A model generated the notes under the pieces. That model did no database searches and had not been told where the DNA came from. It was given only the letters and a program-made list of their open reading frames with translations. Both the position numbers and the translations under genes were made by a program. A stretch of 64,000 bases of DNA. It comes from Thermoanaerobaculia bacterium (GTDB taxonomy: Bacteria > Acidobacteriota > Thermoanaerobaculia > Gp7-AA8). The stretch is taken from NCBI GenBank assembly GCA_017883235.1, contig JADGNY010000012.1, positions 6,091 to 70,090 on the forward strand. The letters are read 5' to 3'. Positions 46,212 through 56,263 of this stretch are shown here, piece after piece (position 1 is the first letter of the stretch; every line of letters starts with the position of its first letter).

Positions 46212-46335
46212 GCGGCTACGTCGCGTTGTCGGTTGTCGGTTATCCGTTGTCAATGTGTTGCTCGTCATTGTCGTCGCTCTCGACTGCCCTCCGCGGACAA
46301 CCGAGAACCGACAACCGACAACGCGGCGTAGCCGC
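46212..46335. repeat. Heptamer hairpin element just upstream of relA/spoT
   Basis: GCGGCTACGTCGCGTTGTCGGTTGTCGG... / ...CCGACAACCGACAACGCGGCGTAGCCGC. Confidence 0.85.
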
Positions 46336-46359
46336 AGTAAATCGGCTACGATCCCTCCG

Positions 46360-48525
46360 ATGATCCGCTTCGAAGACATCCTCGACAAGGTCGAAAGCTA
46401 CAAGCCCGACTTCGATGAGGAGCTCCTCGACCGCGCTTTTGTCTTCTCGGCGCGCGAGCATCGCGGACAGGTGCGCAGCTCGGGCGAGCCGTATCTCGTG
46501 CATCCCCTCAACGTCGCCTACATCCTGGCCGAGATGCGGCTCGATGAAACCTCCATCGCCGTCGGGCTGCTTCACGACGTGCTCGAGGACACGCTGACGA
46601 CGAAAGAGACGCTGCAGGAGATCTTCGGCGACGACGTGGCCGAACTGGTCGACGGTGTCACGAAGATCTCCCGCTACGCCTACGTCTCGCGGGAAGAGCA
46701 GCAGGCCGAGACCTTCCGCAAGATGTTGCTGGCGATGGTGAGCGACCTGCGCGTCGTCCTGGTCAAGCTCGCCGACCGTCTCCACAACATGCGCACGCTC
46801 CAGTTTCTCCCCGAGGAGCGGAGGCTGGCCATCGCCAAAGAGACGATGGAGATCTATGCGCCGATCGCCAACCGCCTCGGCATGGGCCGCATCAAGAGCG
46901 AGCTCGAAGACCTCGCCTTCCGCCACATGCACCCGCGCGAATTCGAGGACCTGCAGCGCGCCGTCAACGAGAAGCTGGCCATATCCGGCGAGATCGTCGA
47001 TCGCATCAAGGGAACGCTGACGGCCAAGCTTCAGGAGAACGACCTCAACGGCGACGTCTTCGGCCGCGTGAAGTCGATGTACTCCATCTGGTCCAAGCTC
47101 CGGCGGCAGGAGATCGACGTCGGGCAGGTCTACGACTACCTCGCCTTCCGCATCGTCACCGCGAACATCAAAGACACCTACGCCTGCCTCGGCATCATTC
47201 ATCAGATGTGGCGCCCGGTCCCCGGCCGGATCAAGGACTACATCGCCATGCCCAAGCCCAACTTCTACCAGTCGCTCCACACGACGGTAGTGGCGGAGAA
47301 GGGGCAGCCTTTCGAGGTGCAGATCCGGACGCGGGAGATGGACCTGATCGCCGAGCAGGGGATCGCAGCGCACTGGAAGTACAAGGAAGGCCGCGTCGGC
47401 GCGCAACCGGACGACACCAACTTCCTCTGGCTCCGGCAGCTCGTGGAGTGGCAGCACGAGATCACCGATCCGCGCGACTTCATGCACTCGTTGAAGATCG
47501 ACCTCTATCCCGATGAGGTCTATACGTTTACGCCCAAAGGAGACGTCTTCGCTTTTCCGCGCGGCGCCACGCCGCTCGACTTCGCCTACCGCATCCACAC
47601 CGACGTCGGGGGCCACTGCGTCGGCGCGCGGGTGAACGGGAAATTGATGCCTCTGCGGACGACGCTCAAGAACGGCGACATCATCGAAGTGCTCACGGCC
47701 CCGACGCAGTCGCCCTCGCGCGAGTGGATCAACATGGTGGTGACCTCGCGGGCGCGCCACAAGATCCGGCACTGGCTCAACACCGAGCAGAAACACCGCT
47801 CCATCGATCTCGGGCGCAAACTGATCGAGAAAGAGGCCCGGCGCTACCGCGTGCAGTGGCGCAAACTCGTCGCCGAGAACGCGCTCGATGCCGTCCTGGC
47901 CGAGTATGGGCTGCCGAAGCTCGACGATCTTTATGCCGACGTCGGCTACGGCAAGATCTCCTCGCGCTCGATCGTCGAGCGTTTCGCCAAAGAGGATCAG
48001 CCGGCCGTCGATGAAGGGGTCATCACGCGCGCCGTGCGCAAGATCTTTCCCTTCACCGGCACCTCCCCGGCCATCAAGGTGCGCGGCTATGACGACCTGA
48101 TGACCTACCTTGCCGGCTGCTGCAAACCGCTGCCGGGAGAGCCGATCGTCGGCTATATCTCGCGCGGCAAAGGGGTGGGCGTGCACAGTCTGAACTGCCC
48201 TAACGTCCGCAATCTGATGTTCAACGCCGACCGCCAGATTACCGTCGAATGGGCCAACCAGCGTCACGCGCAGTTCCAGGTCGAGCTGGAGGTGGTGATG
48301 GAGGACCGTCAGGGCATCCTGGCGCGCGTCGTCTCGACCGTGGCCAACATGAAAACCAACATTCGCCAGATGGACAGCCGCACCGCGGATGGAAAGGCTA
48401 CCGCCGAGCTGACTCTCGAAATCGCCGATCTCAAACACCTCGAGCGCGTCATCCGCTCCATCGCCGACATCGAAGGCGTGGTACAGGTGGAACGGAAGTT
48501 CAACGTCAAGCATGCCACTGGGTGA
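46360..48525 (+). CDS. relA: Bifunctional (p)ppGpp synthetase/hydrolase (long RSH)
   Basis: SGEPYLVHP, LLHDVLEDT (HD), KLADRLHNMRTL, YQSLHT, EVQIRT, AAHWKYK, TGS, ACT. Confidence 0.95.
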   Translation: MIRFEDILDKVESYKPDFDEELLDRAFVFSAREHRGQVRSSGEPYLVHPLNVAYILAEMRLDETSIAVGLLHDVLEDTLTTKETLQEIFGDDVAELVDGVTKISRYAYVSREEQQAETFRKMLLAMVSDLRVVLVKLADRLHNMRTLQFLPEERRLAIAKETMEIYAPIANRLGMGRIKSELEDLAFRHMHPREFEDLQRAVNEKLAISGEIVDRIKGTLTAKLQENDLNGDVFGRVKSMYSIWSKLRRQEIDVGQVYDYLAFRIVTANIKDTYACLGIIHQMWRPVPGRIKDYIAMPKPNFYQSLHTTVVAEKGQPFEVQIRTREMDLIAEQGIAAHWKYKEGRVGAQPDDTNFLWLRQLVEWQHEITDPRDFMHSLKIDLYPDEVYTFTPKGDVFAFPRGATPLDFAYRIHTDVGGHCVGARVNGKLMPLRTTLKNGDIIEVLTAPTQSPSREWINMVVTSRARHKIRHWLNTEQKHRSIDLGRKLIEKEARRYRVQWRKLVAENALDAVLAEYGLPKLDDLYADVGYGKISSRSIVERFAKEDQPAVDEGVITRAVRKIFPFTGTSPAIKVRGYDDLMTYLAGCCKPLPGEPIVGYISRGKGVGVHSLNCPNVRNLMFNADRQITVEWANQRHAQFQVELEVVMEDRQGILARVVSTVANMKTNIRQMDSRTADGKATAELTLEIADLKHLERVIRSIADIEGVVQVERKFNVKHATG

Positions 48526-48610
48526 GGCTTCCTCCACTTCGCGGTTTCGCGTCTTCGCGTGAACATCGATCTCACGCGAAGGCGCGAAGGGATTGGGCTA
48601 ACATCCTTCA

Positions 48611-49381
48611 ATGTCCCCATTCCAGCGTTACGTTGCCATCGGAGACAGCACAGTCGAAGGACTCGACGATCCCGATGGGCGGGGCGGCTATCGGGGATGG
48701 GCCGACCTTCTGGCGCAGAAGCTCGCCACGGAGCAGGGGAGCGTGCTCTACGCCAACCTTGCCATTCGCGGACGGACGACGCGGCAGATCCGCCGCGAGC
48801 AGCTCGACACGGCGGTGGCCATGCAGCCGGACCTGGTGGCCGTCGTCTCCGGAACGAACGATCTGCTGCGGCCGCGATTCGATCCTGATGCGCTTCGCGA
48901 CGACGTCGAGACGATGCAGGACGCTCTGTCCGGTATCGGCGCGACGGTGATCACCTTCACCCTCCCTGACCTCGGCGACATCATGCCGCTCGCGCGCATG
49001 GTGCGCGGCCGGTTGTTGCGGATGAATGACATCATCCGCGAGGCTGCCGCGCGGAGCGGTACGATCGTCTGCGACTTCGCCGCGCATCCGGTGGCCTCCG
49101 ATCCGCGCCTCTGGTCTGATGACCGCCTCCACGCCAACACCGCCGGACATGCGCGGATCGCCGATGCCCTTGCAGATCACCTCGGGTTGCCGGGTGCGAA
49201 CGGATCGTGGTCTGAGCCGCTGCCGCTTGCGCCACCCGCTCGATGGACAGAAACGCTAGGAGCCGAGGCCGCCTGGATGCGCCGCCACATGCTGCCGTGG
49301 CTCTGGCGGCATCTGCAAGGACGCTCGTCCGGCGACGGCATCACACCGAAGGTGCCACGGCTTACCGTGATCGAAGGGTAG
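48611..49381 (+). CDS. SGNH/GDSL hydrolase
   Basis: AIGDSTVEG, GTND, DRLHAN. Confidence 0.9.
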   Translation: MSPFQRYVAIGDSTVEGLDDPDGRGGYRGWADLLAQKLATEQGSVLYANLAIRGRTTRQIRREQLDTAVAMQPDLVAVVSGTNDLLRPRFDPDALRDDVETMQDALSGIGATVITFTLPDLGDIMPLARMVRGRLLRMNDIIREAAARSGTIVCDFAAHPVASDPRLWSDDRLHANTAGHARIADALADHLGLPGANGSWSEPLPLAPPARWTETLGAEAAWMRRHMLPWLWRHLQGRSSGDGITPKVPRLTVIEG

Positions 49382-49573
49382 GGATTCTCGCGTTTATCGC
49401 TGCTTCGGCGTCTCGTGTTTTGGCTGGACTGTCGAGGTGCGTTGAGTGGGATTTGTCGCACCGGAATTCTCGAGTTGCCGAGACAATCTCGACTCATCCA
49501 GTCTCTGGCTTGCTCGCTCGATGACTTCCTTGATTCGCTGCCCGTTGTTCATCAGGTTCCGCTCACTTTCTGT

Positions 49574-51079
49574 TCAGCTCTCTCGAAACCGAACTCCTGC
49601 ACTTGCCAGAATCTTACCCAGTTGTTCAACTGAACCGCGTTCACGACGGATATACGACTGCGGATCATTCTGGATTCGAGGTTGGGCGGACTGCTTGGAC
49701 TCGTCCCAAGAGATGATACGGCCATTGGGATCCTTCCGATCGCCCATGACAAAGAATTCGCGGAAGCGCGAAGGCGCGATTCCGACGAAAGGTTGGAGGT
49801 GCACTTTTCCCGGCGTGGTGCCCTCGAGATCGATCGAGTCCCTGAACAATCTCGCGACTTGGCTCTTCGGATACGGTTCGATGTACACAAGCCGTCGGAT
49901 GCCTGATGCCACTACATGCTTCGCACAGTTGTGGCACGGGAACGTCGTCCCATACATGGCCGCATCCTGGAGTGCGACGCCGCGTCTCGCGGCATCGGTG
50001 ATGACACCCATCTCGGCGTGAACGGCTCTACCGTATTCAGTGATGCTCCAGAAGCGGCTACTCTTGAGTTTCTGAGCAGTAACGCTCACCATTTCATCGT
50101 CGACGTCACCTTCGTTAGTGAGGAGGCCTTCGTTTCTCAGATTCTCGAGCAACTCTTTGAGGATCGACAACTTCATCTCCGCGTTGGGCTCATCGCTCTC
50201 CACGACGCGGAAGTCGCGGGCATCGTTGTCGAAGCCAGACCAGTAGAAGCCCCCGCCTGCTTTCGCAACTTCATTCGTGCCGACCGCGAGGACCTGACCA
50301 TCGGCGGTGCAAGCAGCGTATCCTACCTGACGCGAAAGATCCGATGATCGCAACGCGGCGCCGTACGCGTACTGCATTCCCATCTCGTCGATCGTCGGAG
50401 TTTCGAACGGGTGTCCGAAGAGAATGGCGACGGTTCGACGTACCGAGTTATCGATGGAACCTTTGTCGTCCGCATTCAGAAAGACATCGGCAAGCGGGAA
50501 CGTGTCGCGGACATCCTGGCCGGTGTTCACCAGACTCTCGATCTCGTCACGCGCCATCAACTTTTCCGCCCGCCAGACGCACTCTCGCATCTCCACGTTC
50601 TTCGACCTTGCAATACGAAGAGCGAGAGATTCCCGTCTCCGCTCCCGAGATGCATAAGCGCTGACAAGAAGAAAGGCGTTCCCGTAAACCTCGCGGAGTG
50701 CCGTTACTTCCTCCGGCCGCTTGAGTGAGTTCAGGATGTAGGCGGTACGTGGCCGGGGCCTGTCCTCCGTCTCCTCTTCATCATCGCGTTGACGCAAGAT
50801 ACGGATCTGAGCCATGCCAAGCCGGGCCATCACATCCTGACCTGCTTTCTCACGGAGTGCGTTGCCGGCATCCATGTGTCCGCTGATGTACTCCTCCTGA
50901 TCGTGAATCGCTGACAGGTGACTCCACGGCTCGAGGTCATGAAGACGATGGCTCAGCCGGATAGCGTGGGCGTCGTAGCCAACCTCGCGAAGACTAGTCT
51001 CCAAAGAGTCCGAGATGCCCGGTAGGTCGCATCCGACGGCACCGACGACACCGATCACGAGTTCGGGACCAATACCCAC
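49574..51079 (-). CDS. Anti-phage dCTP deaminase (P-loop kinase-like domain plus deoxycytidylate deaminase)
   Basis: PELVIGVVGAVG, SLKRPEEV..LR.VYG, GQDVRDTFPLAD, LRSSDLSRQVG, AVHAEM, TTFPCHNCAKH, YIEPYPKS; start 51079 or 51127. Confidence 0.85.
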   Translation of the reverse strand: MGIGPELVIGVVGAVGCDLPGISDSLETSLREVGYDAHAIRLSHRLHDLEPWSHLSAIHDQEEYISGHMDAGNALREKAGQDVMARLGMAQIRILRQRDDEEETEDRPRPRTAYILNSLKRPEEVTALREVYGNAFLLVSAYASRERRRESLALRIARSKNVEMRECVWRAEKLMARDEIESLVNTGQDVRDTFPLADVFLNADDKGSIDNSVRRTVAILFGHPFETPTIDEMGMQYAYGAALRSSDLSRQVGYAACTADGQVLAVGTNEVAKAGGGFYWSGFDNDARDFRVVESDEPNAEMKLSILKELLENLRNEGLLTNEGDVDDEMVSVTAQKLKSSRFWSITEYGRAVHAEMGVITDAARRGVALQDAAMYGTTFPCHNCAKHVVASGIRRLVYIEPYPKSQVARLFRDSIDLEGTTPGKVHLQPFVGIAPSRFREFFVMGDRKDPNGRIISWDESKQSAQPRIQNDPQSYIRRERGSVEQLGKILASAGVRFRES

Positions 51080-51239
51080 ACCAATGATGATACCGGTTTG
51101 CCATCGTCGTTCTGACGAGCGAGGCACGTTGACGAGAGAGCGCGGTCGCGGTGTCTACACGATGTGGAATTGGTAAGATAGTGACGGGTAGGGATTCCTC
51201 CTCCTGCAAACCCTCCTTCCCGAAGAGAGAGGTGATTGC

Positions 51240-52211
51240 ATGACTCGAGCGCGGCGGTTGAACGACAATCCACACTTCGTCATCTACTCGGATGCTTTCC
51301 TCGACGTTCTCGGACCCGATCCGGGATACGAGACTGTGGCGAACGTCAACGCCCACGAGGGGCCGGTCTACGTTCGCGGCGAGAACGCTCTCTACTTCAC
51401 TACCGTGCCGGTGACGACGAACATCCCCGCGTTCGGCGACAAGAACGTGGCTATCGGGCGGCTGGACGTCGCTTCGGGCGAGGTCAGCACGTTCGTCAAC
51501 GAAACGAACATGGCCAATGGGATGACCGTCGATCGGGAAGGAGGACTCCTGATCTGCGAACAGGGGACGCTGGAGACCGATGCCCGCATCTCGCGCATGA
51601 ACCTGAAGACGAAGAAGGCCGAGACGGTCGTCGATCACTGGTTCGGGCTTCCGTTCAATTCACCGAACGACATCGTCGAAAAGAGCGACGGCACGATCTG
51701 GTTCACCGATCCGGCCTACGGTTCGCTCCAGGGCTTTCGTCCCAAGCCGCTCATCGGCGACTTCGTCTACCGCTACGACCCCGCCGACGATTCGCTGACC
51801 GTGGTGGTCGATACGTTCAGGAAGCCGAACGGCCTCTGCTTCTCGCCCGATGAATCGATCCTGTACGTGAACGACTCCGGCGCCATCGAAGGTCCGAACA
51901 CGTACTACGTCGATCTGCCGCACCACATCCGCGCCTTCGACGTCGCCGACAACTCTCATCTCGTCAACGAGCGGCTCTTCGCAGTCGTCACGCCGATCAT
52001 TCCGGATGGCCTGAAGGTCGACAGCCAGGGGCGCGTCTACAGCTCCTCCGGCACTGGCGTGCAGGTCTTCGACGCCACCGGCAGGATCCTCGGCGAGATT
52101 CTCGCCGGCGGCGTCGCAAACTTCTGCTTCGGAGGCATCGGCAACAACATGCTCTTCATGATGTGCGACACCGCCATCAACATCGCCACGCTGGCGGCGA
52201 CAGGGGTGTGA
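51240..52211 (+). CDS. SMP-30/gluconolactonase family protein
   Basis: HEGPVY, FNSPND, WFTDP, PNGLCFSPDE, PDGLKVD. Confidence 0.92.
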   Translation: MTRARRLNDNPHFVIYSDAFLDVLGPDPGYETVANVNAHEGPVYVRGENALYFTTVPVTTNIPAFGDKNVAIGRLDVASGEVSTFVNETNMANGMTVDREGGLLICEQGTLETDARISRMNLKTKKAETVVDHWFGLPFNSPNDIVEKSDGTIWFTDPAYGSLQGFRPKPLIGDFVYRYDPADDSLTVVVDTFRKPNGLCFSPDESILYVNDSGAIEGPNTYYVDLPHHIRAFDVADNSHLVNERLFAVVTPIIPDGLKVDSQGRVYSSSGTGVQVFDATGRILGEILAGGVANFCFGGIGNNMLFMMCDTAINIATLAATGV

Positions 52212-52321
52212 ATCGCGTCGTTGGTGTCGCTCAAGTCGATGCCGTGCCGTCAAAGTGGATGGCGACGTCAGCGTGCTCGACGACCACGAGGCGGGGTCGA
52301 GACGCCCGCGGTCCCAGGGCG

Positions 52322-52738
52322 CTACTTCGTGATCCGCTGCAATGCTGCCAGCAGCTCCTTGATCTCATACGGCTTACGCAGCAGTTCCACCCGTTCTCTC
52401 TTCAGCTCGGCCGTCAGATCCACGCTGCTGCCGTTACCGGTGGAGAACACGACCGGCAGATCCGGCCAGCGTTTACGCAGCCGGCGAAACACCTCGATTC
52501 CGTCGACGTCGGGCAGGGTCAGATCGAGGATCACCACGTGCGGATTGAAACTCTTGATGGCTTCGACGACGGCAAGTCCTCGATCGATCGTGAGTACGGT
52601 GAAGCCTTCGAGCTCGAGAAGCGTGGTCAGTCCGGCGGCCACGAGATCATCGTCCTCGACCAGGAGAAGGCGGAAGCTCTCCTCGGAGCTCTTTCGCCTG
52701 GCACGTGCACCGGAGATCGTGCGTTTTGTCGTGGTCAT
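52322..52738 (-). CDS. Single-domain response regulator
   Basis: LLVEDD, ILDLTLPDVDG, FSTG, LRKPY. Confidence 0.85.
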   Translation of the reverse strand: MTTTKRTISGARARRKSSEESFRLLLVEDDDLVAAGLTTLLELEGFTVLTIDRGLAVVEAIKSFNPHVVILDLTLPDVDGIEVFRRLRKRWPDLPVVFSTGNGSSVDLTAELKRERVELLRKPYEIKELLAALQRITK

Positions 52739-52896
52739 GGTGGATCTACGGCGAAAGCGGACCTCGGTTCCGCCATCGGACGTTAGGTAGATTATTATGG
52801 CAGTTAAGGATCGTTGTCCAGAGGCTCCGCCATCTCGGACGGGTACCGGCGATCGGTGGGAGCCGTTCTGAAGGGGAGAGGGGTGCCGCGCGGAAG

Positions 52897-53091
52897 TTAC
52901 CGCGCGGCTTTTGCGATCTTGCCTGTCCGGATGCAGCGGGTGCAGACGTTCATCCGCTTCACCGCCGAGCCGACCATGACGCGGACGCGCTGCAGGTTCG
53001 GCAGCCAGCGCCGGCTTGAAACGTTGTGGGCGTGGCTGACCCGGTTACCGAACACGGGGGCCTTGCCGCAGACTTCGCACATCTTTGCCAT
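52897..53091 (-). CDS. rpmB: 50S ribosomal protein L28
   Basis: MAKMCEVCGK.P.FGNRVSHAHN..RRWLPNLQ...VCTRC. Confidence 0.95.
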   Translation of the reverse strand: MAKMCEVCGKAPVFGNRVSHAHNVSSRRWLPNLQRVRVMVGSAVKRMNVCTRCIRTGKIAKAAR

Positions 53092-53216
53092 CGATTGACT
53101 CCTCAAATAACGCGAAAGGGAAGGGATTGTAGCCGGTGAGCGGGTCCGGCGCAAACCGGACCACCCAAAACGGCCCAACTTGGCGTAATCGTCTGATAAA
53201 TCTAAATGCTGTAGAG

Positions 53217-53245
53217 TTGACACTCACCTTTAAACGTTGTAATTT
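53217..53245 (+). promoter_or_regulatory. Candidate sigma70 promoter of the pil operon
   Basis: TTGACA-17 bp-TAATTT in an AT-rich divergent intergenic region. Confidence 0.5.
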
Positions 53246-53306
53246 CGACCGACTTTCCACATCTGGAGCCAGCGAGAAGTGAGTGGTGTGATGGACGGGG
53301 TGAGCG

Positions 53307-54365
53307 GTGTTCTTCTCAAAGAGCAAAAATGTAGTCGGCCTCGATATCGGCTCCTCAGCCGTAAAGTTAGTTGAGCTGAAGGAGAAGAAGGGCGGCGCGT
53401 TCCAGCTTGTGAAGCTCGGAATCGAGCACCTTTCTCCTGAGGCGATCGTCGACGGGTCGATCATGGACTCGTCGCTGGTCGTGGAGACGATCTCGCGGCT
53501 CAACAGCAGCAAAAACATCAAGAATTCCAACTACGCCACCTCTCTCTCCGGCCACTCGGTCATCATCAAGAAGATCACTCTCCCGGCCATGTCGCCGGAG
53601 GAGCTGGCCGAATCGATTCAGTGGGAGGCCGAGCAGTACATCCCCTTTGATATCAACGATGTAAACCTCGACTACGTCCCGTTGAACACACCCGGCTCCG
53701 GCGACAACATCGACGTCATTCTCGTCGCCGTGAAGAAGGAAAAGATCAACGACTACACCTCGGTGATCAGCCAGACCGGCAAGGTTCCGGTCCTCGTCGA
53801 CGTCGACGCCTTCGCTCTCCAGAACGCGTACGAGATGAACTACGCGATCGATGAGGGCAAAGTGCTGGCGCTGGTGAACGTCGGGGCTTCGGTGACCAAC
53901 GTCAATGTCCTCTCCGGCCCTACCTCACTCTTCTGGCGCGACATCACCTTCGGCGGCAACCAGTACACGGACGCCATCCAGCGCGAGCTGAGCCTTTCGT
54001 TCGAGCAGGCCGAGGAGCTGAAGAAGGGCCACCAGACAGGTGATTACAGCATCCAGCAGGTCATTCCCATCCTCAACTCCGTGAGCGAGGACTTCGCCGG
54101 AGAGTTGCGGAAGACGCTCGATTTCTTCACCGCCACCTCCGGAGCCGACCGCGTCGACGAGATCGTCCTGGCTGGCGGTGGCTCGGGTGTTCTGAACCTT
54201 GACGCCATCCTTCGCGACAAGTTCGGGATCCCGGTCGCGATCATGGATCCCTTCCAGAAGATCACGGTAGACGAAAAGGAATTCAACCCCGAGGAACTGG
54301 CCGAGATCGGGCCAAGCATGGCCATCGCCGTCGGTCTGGCTATCCGGAAGTTGGGGGATGCTTGA
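53307..54365 (+). CDS. pilM: Type IV pilus assembly protein PilM
   Basis: VGLDIGSSAVK, WEAEQYIPF, LAGGGS, AVGLAIR. Confidence 0.95.
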   Translation: MFFSKSKNVVGLDIGSSAVKLVELKEKKGGAFQLVKLGIEHLSPEAIVDGSIMDSSLVVETISRLNSSKNIKNSNYATSLSGHSVIIKKITLPAMSPEELAESIQWEAEQYIPFDINDVNLDYVPLNTPGSGDNIDVILVAVKKEKINDYTSVISQTGKVPVLVDVDAFALQNAYEMNYAIDEGKVLALVNVGASVTNVNVLSGPTSLFWRDITFGGNQYTDAIQRELSLSFEQAEELKKGHQTGDYSIQQVIPILNSVSEDFAGELRKTLDFFTATSGADRVDEIVLAGGGSGVLNLDAILRDKFGIPVAIMDPFQKITVDEKEFNPEELAEIGPSMAIAVGLAIRKLGDA

Positions 54366-55051
54366 TTAAGATCAATTTAGTGCGGGAGGGGCGTGCGGTC
54401 CGGGGAACCGGAGCGGTTACCGGCATGGCTGCCGCCGCCGCTGGCCCTACCAATCTCAACAACGTCTTTCTCGCGGGCGGTCTGATCCTCGGCATCGTGG
54501 TCGCCGGCGGCTGGTGGTTCCTCGAGAACCGGACACTGGCCGATCGCCAGGAAAAGGTGGCCCGGAATCAGGACGAGGCCAAGCGGCTGGAGCAGATCAT
54601 CAAAGAGGTCGCGGATTACCAGACGCAGAAAGAAAGCCTCCAGAAACGGATCGACCTGATCAACCAGCTCAAGCAGAACCAGAAGGGGCCGGTCCGGCTG
54701 ATGGATCGCATCAGTCAGGATCTGCCGGACCTGGTCTGGCTCGACAAGATGACCGTCAGCGGCGGCCTGGTGACGATCGACGGCCGGGGACTGAACCCGA
54801 ATGCGATCGCCAATTTCGTCGAGAGCATCAAGAACGATCCGATGTTCGAAGAGCCGGATCTCGGCAACGTCACGCAGCTTTCGGCGGTGCCGCTGGTCTA
54901 CGGATACACGATGAACTTCCACTTCAGCTACGTGCCGAAGGGTGAGGCGGGAGCGGGCGGTACGGCAGCCACGGGGACTGCCACCGGCACCGCGCCGGCG
55001 TCGGGTACGGCAGCAGTGCCGCCGGCGACGTCGACGGTAACGAAGCGGTAG
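54362..55051 (+). CDS. pilN: Type IV pilus assembly protein PilN
   Basis: MIKINL, TM, coiled coil, LPDLVWL. Confidence 0.9.
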   Translation: MIKINLVREGRAVRGTGAVTGMAAAAAGPTNLNNVFLAGGLILGIVVAGGWWFLENRTLADRQEKVARNQDEAKRLEQIIKEVADYQTQKESLQKRIDLINQLKQNQKGPVRLMDRISQDLPDLVWLDKMTVSGGLVTIDGRGLNPNAIANFVESIKNDPMFEEPDLGNVTQLSAVPLVYGYTMNFHFSYVPKGEAGAGGTAATGTATGTAPASGTAAVPPATSTVTKR

Positions 55052-55059
55052 GAGGGGTA

Positions 55060-55668
55060 ATGGCGGGGCTTTCGCTAGAAGGAAAACCTTGGTACGTCGG
55101 CCTGATCATCGGGCTGGTGCTGGCCATTGCCATCGTCGGGGTGGTTCTCTACATGTTCATCAACCCGATGGACGATCAGATCCGCGCCGCCGATGCCCAG
55201 CTCAAGGATCTCGATACGAAGATCGAACAGGGCCGCTCCGCGCAGCGGAAGCTGCCCCAGTTCCGTGAAGAAGTAAACCGCCTCAAGGTCGAGCTGAAGA
55301 AGCTGCGCAGCATCCTGCCGTCGACGCGTAACACCGAGGAGATCATCAAGAAGATCAAAGCCCTCGTCGACGCCGGGAACTTCACCCTGCGCAAGCTGAC
55401 CTTCCCGAAGCTCGCCGCGGCGCAGGGGAGCGATCCGTACGCGGAGTGGCCGATCTCGGTCTCCGTCGATGGGCGGTATCACAACCTGGCCACGCTCTTC
55501 AATCACCTGAGCAACTTCACGCGCATCATCAATGTCGAGCAAATCTCGATCGCCGCTCTCCCGATGCAGACTGACCGGACCATCACGGCGGATTTCGTGG
55601 CCAAGACGTTCGTCTATGTCGAGCCGAAGGAGCCGGAAGCCACGCCGGCGAAAGGCGCCAAGAAATGA
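55060..55668 (+). CDS. pilO: Type IV pilus assembly protein PilO
   Basis: TM, coiled coil, ILPS, YAEWPI...GRYHNL...RIINV. Confidence 0.9.
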   Translation: MAGLSLEGKPWYVGLIIGLVLAIAIVGVVLYMFINPMDDQIRAADAQLKDLDTKIEQGRSAQRKLPQFREEVNRLKVELKKLRSILPSTRNTEEIIKKIKALVDAGNFTLRKLTFPKLAAAQGSDPYAEWPISVSVDGRYHNLATLFNHLSNFTRIINVEQISIAALPMQTDRTITADFVAKTFVYVEPKEPEATPAKGAKK

Positions 55669-56216
55669 GAGTGAGCCGATTCGCGCTGTCGCTACTGATC
55701 GTCGTCGCGGCGATGGCTACGCTTTTCGCGCAGGCACCGGGCAAGCGCACCGCCACCGCGGCACCGGCCACGCCGGCCGCTTCCACGGCAACGACGGCGA
55801 CGCAAAATCCTGAACAGTCGATGCAGCAGAGTCTTCAGGAGATCCTCGAGGAGCCGAGCGCTCCCGACGCCTATCACTACGATCCGCAGGGGCGGCGCGA
55901 TCCTTTCCAGTCGCTCATCGGTCCCGCGCCGAGGCTGCTGCCGGGCCAGCGTCCGCCCGGCCCGCCGGGGTTCCTGATCGACGAGATCAAGATTCAGGGA
56001 GTGGTGAAGACACGGCAGCAGGGGCTGATCGCCATGATCAATGGCCCCGACAACAAAGGGTATCTCATGAAGATCGGGGACAAGGTCCTCGACGGTGAAG
56101 TCATTCGGATCACCGGAAATTCGATCGTGTTCCGGCAGGAGGTGAATGACCCCACCCGGATCGAGCGATTCCGTGAAGTGGTGAAGGAACTCTCCTCCGA
56201 AGTTCCGAGGAAGTAG
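55665..56216 (+). CDS. pilP: Type IV pilus assembly protein PilP-like
   Basis: YDPQGRRDPF, GVV...AMI.GPD.KGY..K.GD; operon position. Confidence 0.85.
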   Translation: MRVSRFALSLLIVVAAMATLFAQAPGKRTATAAPATPAASTATTATQNPEQSMQQSLQEILEEPSAPDAYHYDPQGRRDPFQSLIGPAPRLLPGQRPPGPPGFLIDEIKIQGVVKTRQQGLIAMINGPDNKGYLMKIGDKVLDGEVIRITGNSIVFRQEVNDPTRIERFREVVKELSSEVPRK

Positions 56217-56263
56217 CTTTCGCGTGCTGGGTTGTGCAGGCCATGTGTGTGGAGGGCTGTGAG

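Noticed and set aside
46240-48537. 765-aa antisense ORF (likewise 28340-30502, 24196-25746, 2983-4338)
   Set aside because: Shadow frames of well-supported genes in high-GC DNA
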